Below, one piece after another: positions 22,386 to 33,615 of a DNA stretch of 38,929 bases. Source of the stretch: Octopus bimaculoides (Eukaryota); NCBI RefSeq assembly GCF_001194135.2, contig NC_068982.1:52344999-52383927 (forward strand), in the 5' to 3' direction. Every line of letters begins with the position of its first letter. The stretch's first letter is position 1. The notes under the pieces are model-generated. The model ran no database searches. It had not been told where the DNA came from and saw only the letters and a list, made by a program, of their open reading frames with translations. A program made the translations under genes and the position numbers.

Positions 22386-23914
22386 TATTGTTGTTCTACC
22401 TATTCTTCTAATTCACAGCCTCTGTTTCTATACTCCATTCCAAAAATGCGATATCTTGTTCCAATACTTAAAAATAATATTAAAATATATTCTTATATAA
22501 ATCGAAAAACTGTTTTTGTTCTCGCACGAATTGCTTACTTGATTGGAAATCCTACCAGTCATTTGCAGATGCTAAACTCACCTAACTTCCTTTAAATGAT
22601 ATCACTGAAACGAATGACCACCTATCGCTATTTATTGTCTGTCTAGTATCAAAGATGTCATACTGATTGCGCAATTATTGCAAGACTGTTACACTGTAAA
22701 ACTGGTGGTTGCATATTTGTCTCTAAGTGTTTACATGAACATTTACCCAAAATAAATATATGGAAAGTATCTACCTGCTCACTAATTACCTATTCTTCCA
22801 GTTGATCCAGCCCATGTTCTCATAAAGAAAATAAGAGACAATGAAATTAGTTGAATTGAACATTCAAAAGAGTTCAATTTCTTTTTATAAGTTTTCCTAA
22901 AGTACCAGTATTTTACGAGCTTGTTGTTTATAGACTTATTGATTTTCAATTCTAGATTTTAAAAAAATTTATTCTTCAACTGATTGTTACATCATGCATT
23001 TAGCTTACAAGTATACAAATATACCTAGCTGAATAGTTCGTTCTGAGAAAGGCCAAACACATTGGGTATTAATTGTAAATGTTTAAAAATATGTGTTTCT
23101 AGGTTACTTAAAATTTGAGATCAGAAACGAGTGCCATAGCGAAGAAACAAAAAAAAATATGAGCCAGGCAAACGCAGTCTATTGACAAGTTTCGATTCTT
23201 ATTAGATGAAATACCCTTCTAAGAAAAGATATAAAAGCTACCAACTCTAATTTCTCTTCATCCCTAGAACTGCAAAACACCACTGCAGCCACCATCTCTT
23301 GGCTATAGAAATAGACTGGAGAGTGGATAGATACAACATGCCTAGACTCTTACATACAATTCCTCGCTGCATGTCAGATTGTGCAGTATGGCATTCAGTT
23401 AGGACTTGTTGATCGTGCTTCATCACTTGCGTGCAATAAGACTGATCGATTAGGGCTAACTCAGGACTACCTGACAACAACGGCAATCCCGGTTTTAGTC
23501 TTCTGTTATAATTCTATTTACACCAAGATACTTTATGAGAATATTAATTTGACTCAGGAGTTGAATGGTACATTATCTAATCGACTCTGAATTGTTGAAC
23601 GGCGAAGTTGACCTTAAGTAGCTGCGAATTTCCGTTTCAAATAATTACTTCTTACACAGACGCAAGACCTACCTGATTTAGAGCAGAGAAAATATAATAC
23701 TGGGAGAAGCTGTGCTTCACTCAAGCAAAATGTGCAATGAGTGAAGTGAAATTTCGTACACCCAGTTCACTTATTGCATGGCATTAAAATTTATACATTA
23801 TTCATTATTAAAAAGTTCTCCATGTTTCTAGTAATGATTTCATACATGGATACAATATCGCAAATACGTGAAACCGAAATGTTCAACCTGCTTAGGTGGC
23901 TGCATTATATGACT

Positions 23915-24000
23915 AGTATTATTTCATCGTTGACTTTGGATGCATGAGAGTTAAAGTCGGCCATGGCGAGATTTAAACTGAAAATGCAAACGAGTGACAG
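23915..24000 (-). mobile_element. SINE family A core fragment
   Basis: AAAGTCGGCCATGGCGAGATTTAAACTGAAAATG matches the core/B-box in reverse. Confidence 0.5.
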
Positions 24001-24078
24001 AATTTAATACTGTAAATTATTTAATTCGAAACTACCTTTTCTATTTCTCATCTGTCGTTCCTCTCTATTTTTGAAAAT

Positions 24079-24286
24079 CCTTTCTACTAAAGGCACAAAA
24101 CCTGAAATTTAGGGGAGTGGACAAGTCGATTACAATGACTCCAGTGTTTCACTGGTACTTAATTTATCGACACCGAATTGAGGAAAGGCAAAGTCTACCT
24201 CGGCGGAATTTAAACTCAGAACATAAAGACGGACGAAATGCCGCTAAGAATTTCCTCCGGTGTGCTAAAGATTCTGGCCAGCTCGC
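24079..24286 (-). mobile_element. SINE family A, near full length
   Basis: Aligns end to end with the reverse complement of 19462-19675. Confidence 0.9.
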
Positions 24287-25280
24287 TATCTTTCTCTATT
24301 TCTAATAATGAGCATGAAGAATGTATCTTCAACTTTAACACATATTTACATGAAAACGCCTACATGTTTACTTCATCGCAATTATAATGAAAAATTGAAT
24401 CTACAGTCATTGTCTTATGGACTGTGCTTGATTAAGTTACGCTAACTAATCATTCCGATGATTTTTTTTTCGTTGAAGCTGAAAATAGAATATTGCAATT
24501 TCCATAACACTTTCCGCAAGTTATTTCTTCTCATCCCTAAATCCATTTTTCCTGCAATTGAAATTCCCTGTAATCTTTCTAAAGTGCTGATTGATTTTAA
24601 TCAGATTTTGTCTATAAGACGGACATAATAATATTTGACACTGTAAGAGGAGTTAAAAGGTTACGTTCTATAAGCAATCTGTTTAATGAAAAAAAAAAAA
24701 GAAAAAAAACCCAAACCCCAAAATAAAACAAAAACCAGTAGCAGTAGCAACAACAATAACAGCAAAAAAAACCCCCTTCTAGTTCTGATAATTAACCTAT
24801 GAGATTTTGTTTTAAAATGAGATGATCTTGAAGAACATACTAATTTGAAGGAAAAAAAAAAAGACGTCTTTTAGACATCGGTAGTCAACCTCGAAATAGA
24901 AACTGAAAGAATTATTCGCATTAGCTTCTGGCTATTCATTACTAAGAAGTACAATTAAAAACACAATGTAGTGCTCACACTCAGCAGATTTTTATGTGAA
25001 GTAACGGAGCAGATCAAATTATAATGCGTACCCAAGGAAAGGACAAAGAAAACATTTAACGAGAAATGCTATGATTCGTTGGTATCTGAAAAAGACGTTC
25101 TCATTGTTTTGTTTGTTTGTGAGCATGCGTATTTATGCGCTCTATATATCTTTCAGATATAAATAATATAGACATTTTTCAAAACGAATACTGATACATA
25201 TTCACATGTAAATTAGAAAAACGCAAATTGGAAAGAATATTACAAAAGGAACAAGTTAAACAAAAAGAAATAGACAGTAG

Positions 25281-25440
25281 CTTTTACTTGTTTCCGTCCT
25301 GAGACTGCGGCCATGCTGGGGCACGACCTTCAAAGAATCGCCATCAATACTTTCTTTTTCCTTAAGGTTGGTACTTATTCTACCGTACTCTTTTGCCGAA
25401 CCGCTAAGTTTCGGGAACGTAAGCACATCGATACAAGTTA
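25281..25440 (-). mobile_element. SINE family B, 3' half running into a gap
   Basis: CTTTTACTTGTTTC...GACTGCGGCCATGCTGG...GGTACTTATTC...CTCTTTTGCCGA; homologous to 34660-34860. Confidence 0.75.
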
Positions 25441-25994
25441 TATNNNNNNNNNNNNNNNNNNNNNNNNNNNNNNNNNNNNNNNNNNNNNNNNNNNNNNNNN
25501 NNNNNNNNNNNNNNNNNNNNNNNNNNNNNNNNNNNNNNNNNNNNNNNNNNNNNNNNNNNNNNNNNNNNNNNNNNNNNNNNNNNNNNNNNNNNNNNNNNNN
25601 NNNNNNNNNNNNNNNNNNNNNNNNNNNNNNNNNNNNNNNNNNNNNNNNNNNNNNNNNNNNNNNNNNNNNNNNNNNNNNNNNNNNNNNNNNNNNNNNNNNN
25701 NNNNNNNNNNNNNNNNNNNNNNNNNNNNNNNNNNNNNNNNNNNNNNNNNNNNNNNNNNNNNNNNNNNNNNNNNNNNNNNNNNNNNNNNNNNNNNNNNNNN
25801 NNNNNNNNNNNNNNNNNNNNNNNNNNNNNNNNNNNNNNNNNNNNNNNNNNNNNNNNNNNNNNNNNNNNNNNNNNNNNNNNNNNNNNNNNNNNNNNNNNNN
25901 NNNNNNNNNNNNNNNNNNNNNNNNNNNNNNNNNNNNNNNNNNNNNNNNNNNNNNNNNNNNNNNNNNNNNNNNNNTATATATATATATATATATA

Positions 25995-26078
25995 TGTATA
26001 CACATAAGGATAGACATCCGTGGCAAAACTCATTTAAATAAAGGGGGTCCTTGGTAGTGAAAAGGTTAGGAACCACTG
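25995..26078. mobile_element. hAT-type MITE right end
   Basis: Ends GGGGTCCTTGG...AAAAGGTTAGGAACCACTG (TIR CAGTGGTTCCTAACC), followed by GTCTACGT, which fits the nnnTAnnn target of Buster-type hATs; left end not visible. Confidence 0.55.
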
Positions 26079-26469
26079 GTCTACGTTTTATAAAGACATG
26101 GTCACAGTCAGTTAGTGTTGCTATTAACTGTGATATTTGAGATGCTTCAGTGCTCTGTAAAATGAACCGTAAACAGCTCTTACAAAACTAACACTAGAGT
26201 ATTTTTCTAAATAACAATGCATATCAATAGTACTTCCTTTAAAACAATGCCACCCAGGACAACAATTCACAACGCTTGTCCAGACACATAAACTAACCAA
26301 ATTTTCTGTTCAGCACGAAATAGTGTATTTATTTATTTATTATTTTTTTTTACATTGAGTGTAATAATAGGCATTTAGTATATAAAATAAAATAATACAT
26401 AGTGGCTAATAACCAGTTTTACATGGTGCAATAGAAATACAAATTTAAACAATATATAAAATAGATTTT

Positions 26470-26552
26470 TTTTCTAGATTTACCTGTAATTAACAGGTCT
26501 GAGATTCCATGATAAATTTATGTAAGAACCTTTTGTTGTTTGCGAAACACTG
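26470..26552. mobile_element. Possible second hAT-type right end
   Basis: GTTTGCGAAACACTG (TIR CAGTGTTTCGCAAAC) followed by CTGTAACA (nnnTAnnn); no left TIR found. Confidence 0.4.
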
Positions 26553-26554
26553 CT

Positions 26555-26557
<3 letters not shown>

Positions 26558-26608
<51 letters not shown>
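26558..26608. repeat. (AC)n microsatellite at gap edge
   Basis: Seen directly. Confidence 0.95.
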
Positions 26609-27536
26609 NNNNNNNNNNNNNNNNNNNNNNNNNNNNNNNNNNNNNNNNNNNNNNNNNNNNNNNNNNNNNNNNNNNNNNNNNNNNNNNNNNNNNNNNNNNN
26701 NNNNNNNNNNNNNNNNNNNNNNNNNNNNNNNNNNNNNNNNNNNNNNNNNNNNNNNNNNNNNNNNNNNNNNNNNNNNNNNNNNNNNNNNNNNNNNNNNNNN
26801 NNNNNNNNNNNNNNNNNNNNNNNNNNNNNNNNNNNNNNNNNNNNNNNNNNNNNNNNNNNNNNNNNNNNNNNNNNNNNNNNNNNNNNNNNNNNNNNNNNNN
26901 NNNNNNNNNNNNNNNNNNNNNNNNNNNNNNNNNNNNNNNNNNNNNNNNNNNNNNNNNNNNNNNNNNNNNNNNNNNNNNNNNNNNNNNNNNNNNNNNNNNN
27001 NNNNNNNNNNNNNNNNNNNNNNNNNNNNNNNNNNNNNNNNNNNNNNNNNNNNNNNNNNNNNNNNNNNNNNNNNNNNNNNNNNNNNNNNNNNNNNNNNNNN
27101 NNNNNNNNNNNNNNNNNNNNNNNNNNNNNNNNNNNNNNNNNNNNNNNNNNNNNNNNNNNNNNNNNNNNNNNNNNNNNNNNNNNNNNNNNNNNNNNNNNNN
27201 NNNNNNNNNNNNNNNNNNNNNNNNNNNNNNNNNNNNNNNNNNNNNNNNNNNNNNNNNNNNNNNNNNNNNNNNNNNNNNNNNNNNNNNNNNNNNNNNNNNN
27301 NNNNNNNNNNNNNNNNNNNNNNNNNNNNNNNNNNNNNNNNNNNNNNNNNNNNNNNNNNNNNNNNNNNNNNNNNNNNNNNNNNNNNNNNNNNNNNNNNNNN
27401 NNNNNNNNNNNNNNNNNNNNNTATATATATATATATATATATATGTATACAGGCACAAAGACAGCGTATATGATATATATATGGGTGTGTACATATATGT
27501 AATACATACACTTATATAGAGGTATATAATATATAC

Positions 27537-28699
27537 TGGGAGAGTGGCTGCATTACTTTCCTAAAGACAGAAGTCAGGTAGAGACAGCTCAACTCCTAAG
27601 TGGTGTACCCCAGGGAACTGTTCTGGGGCCATTACTGTTCATATCAGCCTTCTTAGACATGCCCACGGTCACTCGGACAGCCACTCTCACTAGCTGTGCC
27701 GATGATACACAATTATCACAGGCAATAAAAGACCAGGATGATGTCACAAACTTACAGCGGGATTTAAATTCAACATAAAAGTGAGCTGAAATAAACAACA
27801 TGCTTGAAAATTTCAAGCACTGCACTATCAACTCACGAATACAGTTCAATCTACAAATATAGGACTCGAAGGCACTACAATCCCAGAGTCACAGGCATTG
27901 AAAGACTTGGGGATCAATATGTGCAATGACGCATCATTTTATTTGCACATTAGCAAGATGGCAGCAAAGTGCAGACAACTGGCAGGATGGATACTGAGGT
28001 CCTTCAAGACAAGAGACCAAGAAACTATGTTGACCCTGTGGAGAACCTTTGTTCTTAGCCGCCTGGACTACTGCTCCCAGTTATGGTCCCCACATAGTGC
28101 CAAACTAACAGCGGAGCTTGAAGCAGTCCAACGACACTACACTAAAAAGTTTGAAACAGTGCAGCAGATGAGCTACACGGGTAAGCTGAGAAATCTACAA
28201 CTTTACTCCCTGGAGGGAAGGCGTGAGAGATATGCAATAATATACATATAGAAAATCCTAGAAGGGCTAGAACCTAACTTTGGCATTGAGTGTTATACAA
28301 ATACCAGAACTGGTTGCCATTGTATTGTAACAAAGGTACCATCCACTCCATCTAAATTCAGGACCAGGTACTGCAAAAGTCTAGGGTTCAAAGGCCCACA
28401 GCTCTTCAATGCTCAGTCACAAAAATTAAGAAACCTGCATAAGGTGGAAGTAGATGTCTTTAAAAAGGAATTAGACATTCTCCTCTCCACAATACCGGAT
28501 GAACAAACAGCCCGATATGAGGTGCAGACGAGGGCAGTGGAATCAAACTCCCTTATACACTAAATGCACCAACAGTTGAGACAAAGGCACACACAGGAGT
28601 GGTGATGTGAAACACTCAGACTGAGGAAGTCAGATAAACCCTGGTGGTGCTCCAGTATGACCATGGCCACATGTCTAAAACAAGTAAAAGTGTAAAAGA
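27537..28699 (+). mobile_element. CR1-group LINE, 5'-truncated: RT C-terminal half plus 3' UTR
   Basis: SGVPQGTVLGPLLF, TSCADDT, KDLGI, LDYCSQLWSP, LYSLEGRRER, GPQLFN, SNSLIH; stops and frameshifts; tail AAACAAGTAAAAGTGTAAAAG. Confidence 0.9.
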
Positions 28700-28757
<58 letters not shown>

Positions 28758-28830
28758 ATATATGTATATAATATATATTATACGCATATATTATATATGT
28801 ATGTGTGTGTGTGTGCGTGTGTGTGTGTGT
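28700..28830. repeat. (TA)n/(TG)n microsatellite
   Basis: Seen directly. Confidence 0.95.
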
Positions 28831-29189
28831 ATAACAAACACACATAATTATACACTAAAGAGCTTTAACTGCTCTATGATTTAGGAGTGGATACTTAAAG
28901 CTGCGCTCATTACTTGCTACGACTGTGTTATATTGCTATGTCATATTGCTACACTACCTTTAGATATAAAACCTATGATTTTTCTTATGGAACGGAGTAA
29001 TGGAATAAATAATTTTCAAGGATATTAGAAAATTAAAATTGATTGCCATCACTACAACCTACAATAAAACCGGAAGAGAAATATATTCTCCGGAAGTGCA
29101 CTTAGAATTTCCCGTTTGCATGTTATTGGAACATTCCTTTGAGAACTGTATTCATCCATTTTCATCTATTAAAGTTTGTCAGCTTGCAT

Positions 29190-29377
29190 GATATATATAT
29201 ATATATATATACATATANNNNNNNNNNNNNNNNNNNNNNNNNNNNNNNNNNNNNNNNNNNNNNNNNNNNNNNNNNNNNNNNNNNNNNNNNNNNNNNNNNN
29301 NNNNNNNNNNNNNNNNNNNNNNNNNNNNNNNNNNNNNNNNNNNNNNNNNNNNNNNNNNNNNNNNNNNNNNNNNNNNN

Positions 29378-29415
<38 letters not shown>

Positions 29416-29705
29416 CGCGTGTGTGTGTATATTCATGTCTGTACATTTCTATGTATGTATATATATGCATGTATTTTTATATGCATATGAATATATATGT
29501 GTATATACATGCACATAAGTATGTTTATGCATATATATTTATATGCATTATATGTACCTCTCTCCATATACATATTTGTATACATACATATAATATTCTT
29601 ATATTCTTCTATATGTTTCAGCCCTAGGGCTGATATATGTATATCACATACACACGCACACACACCCACACAAACACACACACAGACATATATACACATA
29701 AATAT
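29190..29705. repeat. Degenerate (TA)/(TG)/(CA) microsatellite block with a gap
   Basis: Seen directly. Confidence 0.9.
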
Positions 29706-30597
29706 ATATCACCTTAAAAACATCTTATTATAAAACTCATTGAAACATCATACAAAATCAATTTCATATTGTAATGAATAAATAATACAAATTTATGTTT
29801 TGCACGATTTCTTTCTTTATCAGGAAATTCAGTGTAAATAACAAAAGGAAATTTTTCTTAATTCTAAAAAGATTCTTGACTTTCTTACATCCATTTGTTG
29901 GATGGAAGAACAAAATGCTGGGGATAATGCAAACTGGAACACCAAAATAACTTAGATATTTACAATCCATTTAGAAAGGAGGGCGATCGCGTGTTTGTTA
30001 TCCGTATCATGCTGTTTGTATTTCCTAAAATTTGTGTATATGCACGCGTTAACTGAATGCTGAAAATAGAATAGAAAGATTAAATAAATGACTACATTTA
30101 TTTAGCGATATGAGTCTAAATCCTAAATTCTCGTAAATTCCACAGTATTATTACAGCAGTAAATTACACCACCTGCAGAATGAAACGACCCGGGTAGTTG
30201 AACTATAACTATCTTGGTAAGGCACATGACACCAATTGTTTAATTTGGATTTACTATGCGTCGTATCCATGGATTCAGTACTAAGACCTGGAATTGTTGC
30301 CAATTTGAGATTTAACTTGCTCGTCTTTAGACCAAGAACGAAAAGAACCTATCATCTGGTTCTTGCACCATACCCAGAAATCCAATATCAATTCCTAAGC
30401 CTATTTCTAATCTTTCAGTCAGGAGGTAAAACAATGATCATTACCTCTCTTACAATGTCTCCGAAACTGGTTGGAGGAAGGTATCCATAAGCTGAAAGCC
30501 TGTCCCAAATGCTTGTAACAAAGTGGATTCCGTTAAAGGTTTTCAATGTACCAGATAGTGGTGCTAATCGGGGAAACAGATTAAATAAACCACTCAG

Positions 30598-30745
30598 AAA
30601 CTACAGTAGGATTTGAACCGAGGACATTAGCCGAAACAAAGATGCTAACGTATTCGGTCTGACGTTCTTACTGTTCTGCCTATCTCCGTGCAGTAAGTAC
30701 TTTATTTTTATCGACCCCGAAGGGATAAAAAGTAACGTTGACTTA
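30598..30745 (-). mobile_element. Two SINE family A fragments (head about 30598-30680, core about 30695-30745)
   Basis: GGATTTGAACCGAGG...CTGTTCTGCC and GTACTTTATTTTATCGACCCCGAAGGGATAAAAAG. Confidence 0.65.
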
Positions 30746-31132
30746 CAAATATATTACCCATAGACACCTCTAGTCTGGTTGTTTAGTGTTCTGTCGGCTC
30801 AGCTATCAATTGTCTACTGTTGATCATTATAACAATTTAATCTTTCATATAAATTCCAGCGAAAGAATGGCATACCCTTGTAACCAGGAGGTTTTCGCTT
30901 CTTGACGGTAGTATAAATACAAATTCTTTTCCTAAATGTTTGCATAATTCTTTATTGCATCACTGAATAGAGTGAATATCGTGCTAAGTTCAGTATGATT
31001 ATTTATTTTCAGTATGACTGCACGAGTTCATTAACATCATGCAATATCTAAATTCAGCGCTTAGATCTTTCAGATGTAGTCATAGTTATAACTATTATTA
31101 TTATTCGGCATTTTTTCAGCTGTACGTTCAGA

Positions 31133-31255
31133 TGATCGATAAAATAGTTGAACGATAAAATAGTGATCGATAAAATAGTTGAACACTGGGGTCAATGTAA
31201 TCGACTAAACCCTCTTCTTAAAATTGCTGGCCTTGAGCTAAAATTAGAAAGGATG
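31133..31255 (+). mobile_element. SINE family A, 5'-truncated, with a stuttered 5' junction
   Basis: TGATCGATAAAATAGTTGAAC occurs twice, then ACTGGGGTCAATGTAATCGAC...TTGCTGGCCTTG. Confidence 0.8.
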
Positions 31256-31261
31256 ATCATT

Positions 31262-31415
31262 ACTAGCAGAATCATTAGCACGTCGGAAAAAATGGCTTGT
31301 GGCATTTAGTCTGTTTTTATGTTCTGAGTTCAAATTCCACCAAGGTCAACTTTGCCTTGCCCCTTACTCCAAAATTGCAGACTCGAACCGGAATTTGTAA
31401 GCATTATCATTATTT
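31262..31415 (+). mobile_element. SINE family A, internally deleted (head joined to tail)
   Basis: A box and B box GAGTTCAAATTCC, then AGGTCAACTTTGCC jumps to CCCCTTACTCCAAAATTGC; ATT-type tail. Confidence 0.75.
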
Positions 31416-31830
31416 ACGTTTAGAATCAGTGTCTTGATAACGAGTCACAACCAGTTTCTTAGATATCGAGTTCCTTTCTTACAATCCTTGCTGTTCCCAA
31501 TAGAAGAAATTTCTGAATTAACACAACTCTTGTAGTTACACCAATCTCAATAAGGAAACTGCCAATTCTGTTGGTGATGGTATATCGGGCACCTATAACA
31601 ACTGGGATTACTTTTGTAGAAACTCTTCACTTTCCACAACCTCTTCCTCCTCTTGCAACTGAAATCAGGTTTTCTGTGTTACATCTCACACACCCTTCTC
31701 TATCACTTTCTGATATCTCAAAATTATCGTCTATTTATAAAATTCCTCCTCCCTCCTCTTGTGGTTGGTATAACCTATCGACACTGTCTCTGGGGTGTAT
31801 GTGGACATTGTCTTTCAACATTTACAGTCA
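31416..31830 (-). mobile_element. R4/Dong-clade LINE fragment (restriction-like endonuclease type), internally deleted
   Basis: Manual translation HPRDSVDRLYQPQEEGGGIL*IDD ... KVIPVVIGARYTI...EIGVTTRVVLIQKFLLLGTARIVRKELDI* (stop 31459-31461) matches R4-clade motifs HP..DVDRLY..R.EGGRGL and VIPVVIGALG...LLGTARI.R.VL. Not in the ORF track. Confidence 0.8.
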
Positions 31831-32524
31831 TAGTGTAGTTGCAGAGAAGAGACTGAGTTTGATATGTCGATAAGGTTCGACTTCCATTCACTGACCATGC
31901 CGTCCAGAACTTTCCATGCAAACGCCTTTTTCACTATGAGTGTTACTCGGACTGGCGTCCTCGATTTCTCAAAGCAGAGCTTCTTTTGTCATTAGAGGTG
32001 AAAGACCAGACAGAATATTATAGCTGCTGACCTTGGCTTTTATTGCATTTCACTGAAGACCACTTTAGCATACTCTACCTCCACATAGTTTCTATATGAA
32101 TATAAACTCTATAGTTTGAATTATCTTGATGATTCTAACTATTCAGTATTGAAATAACAGACTAACGAAGATAGAAATCTAGTTAGATCTGTTGTTTGTC
32201 ATCAAGTCCGCTTGTACAATTTATCGAATAAGACTGATGGTTGTAGAGCTGAATGCTCTGCACAGATATTCAAAGTCGAGATGGCATTAATAACGTATGC
32301 ATCAGGATGCCGTAATGGTATCTTATCAACAGTCACATACTATTAATAACATTTATGTAGTATTTCGAAACTGATTAAGTGTCATTTTACTCACAAGAAA
32401 TTCTATTCATTGATGGAATTTGTTTTTACGAGATCTTGTTTTGATTTGCTGTTTCCTTGCTTCATTCTGTCAACACGAGTGGCTTAGTAAAAGCATTCCA
32501 CGCTATATTAATATTTGTATCTTA

Positions 32525-32736
32525 CAAGGCGGTGAGCTGGCATAAACGTTAGCACGCCGGGCGAAAAGCTTAGCAGTATTTCGTTTGTCTTTACGTTCTG
32601 AGTTCAAATTCCACCGAGGTCGATTTTGCCTTTCATCCTTTCGGGGTCGATAAATTAAGTGCCAGTTGCGTACTGTCGATCTAATCGACTAGCCTCCTTG
32701 CCCAAAATTCCGGGCCTTGTGCCTAGAGTAGAAAAG
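32525..32736 (+). mobile_element. SINE family A, full length, 15-bp TSD
   Basis: A and B boxes, core TTTGCCTTTCATCCTTTCGGGGTCGATAAATTAAG; TSD AATATTT(G/A)T(A/G)TCTTA at 32510-32524 and 32737-32751. Confidence 0.92.
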
Positions 32737-32756
32737 AATATTTATGTCTTATTAGG

Positions 32757-32930
32757 TTCAGGCACGGCTGTGTGCTTAAGTAGCTCGCACTGCAACTACA
32801 TAGTTTCAGGTTCAATTCCACTGTGCGGCTGATAAACATAGACGGAAACTGTGTGAAAGCCCGTTGTGTGTGTATATGCGTGCATCCTTTTAGCCTTTGA
32901 TTTAATTTCAGTCATTGGACTGTGGTCATG
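32757..32930. mobile_element. SINE family B head (plus strand, to about 32885) and a tail fragment (minus strand, about 32905-32930)
   Basis: GGCTGTGTGCTTAAGTAG...GGTTCAATTCCAC...AGACGGAAACTG; TTTCAGTCATTGGACTGTGGTCATG. Confidence 0.65.
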
Positions 32931-33151
32931 ATTTTTCTTTTACACTCCTTAAAGTACTTGTTAAGAAGACACTCATAGAATAATTAACAGATTTTAAAAT
33001 AGTAAGTTATGTCTTATTGCGTTCTATCATCACCCATATTATATATGTTTTTAGAATTTTTAAAAGGACCAAATCGCATTTCTTGTAAAATCATTCGATT
33101 TCATTGTGTTGTCCCTTCTATGTATGTCCTTATGGATAATAAAAAATTAAG

Positions 33152-33360
33152 AATCGTTAGCACATCAGGCAAAATACTTACCAGCATTTCATCCGTCTTT
33201 ACGTTCTGATTTCAAATTCCGCCCAGGTTGGCTTCGTTATTTTTTTATGCTTTTGGGGTCGATAGAATAAGTACCAGTCGAGTACTGGGGTTGATGCAAT
33301 CGATTATTTCCACTCACCTGAAAAATTGCTGGCACTGTGCTAAAATTTGAAACTATTATT
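33152..33360 (+). mobile_element. SINE family A copy (TTGCTGG...TTTGAAAC tail variant)
   Basis: Aligns with 32525-32736 over head and core. Confidence 0.85.
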
Positions 33361-33481
33361 GTTGGCACTATATATACTACAGGTAAGTAGTAGATGGAAT
33401 AAACATTTGAGTATCAAATAAAATTTTTGTAGTATGACTGAGTTAGCATTTTTTTAATGTAAAATGTTTTGAATCCAAACA

Positions 33482-33615
33482 CAGCAGTAGTTGACTTTAC
33501 ATTCATCATTCCAGGTTCGATAAAATAATCTCCAGTCAGGTATTATGTTCGATTCAGTCGATTAAACCTTCTCCACAAAAGAGTTGTGGCTTGGTGCCAA
33601 TGTTAGAAATCAATA
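33482..33615 (+). mobile_element. SINE family A, 5'-truncated and degraded
   Basis: AGTTGACTTTACATTCATCATTCCAGGTTCGATAAAATAA...GGCTTGGTGCCAATGTTAGAAATC. Confidence 0.65.

Noticed and set aside
30430-30565. Candidate minus-strand exon PLSGTLKTFNGIHFVTSIWDRLSAYGYLPPTSFGDI between AG and GTAAGA
   Set aside because: No recognisable homology or partner exons; needs BLASTX or RNA-seq.
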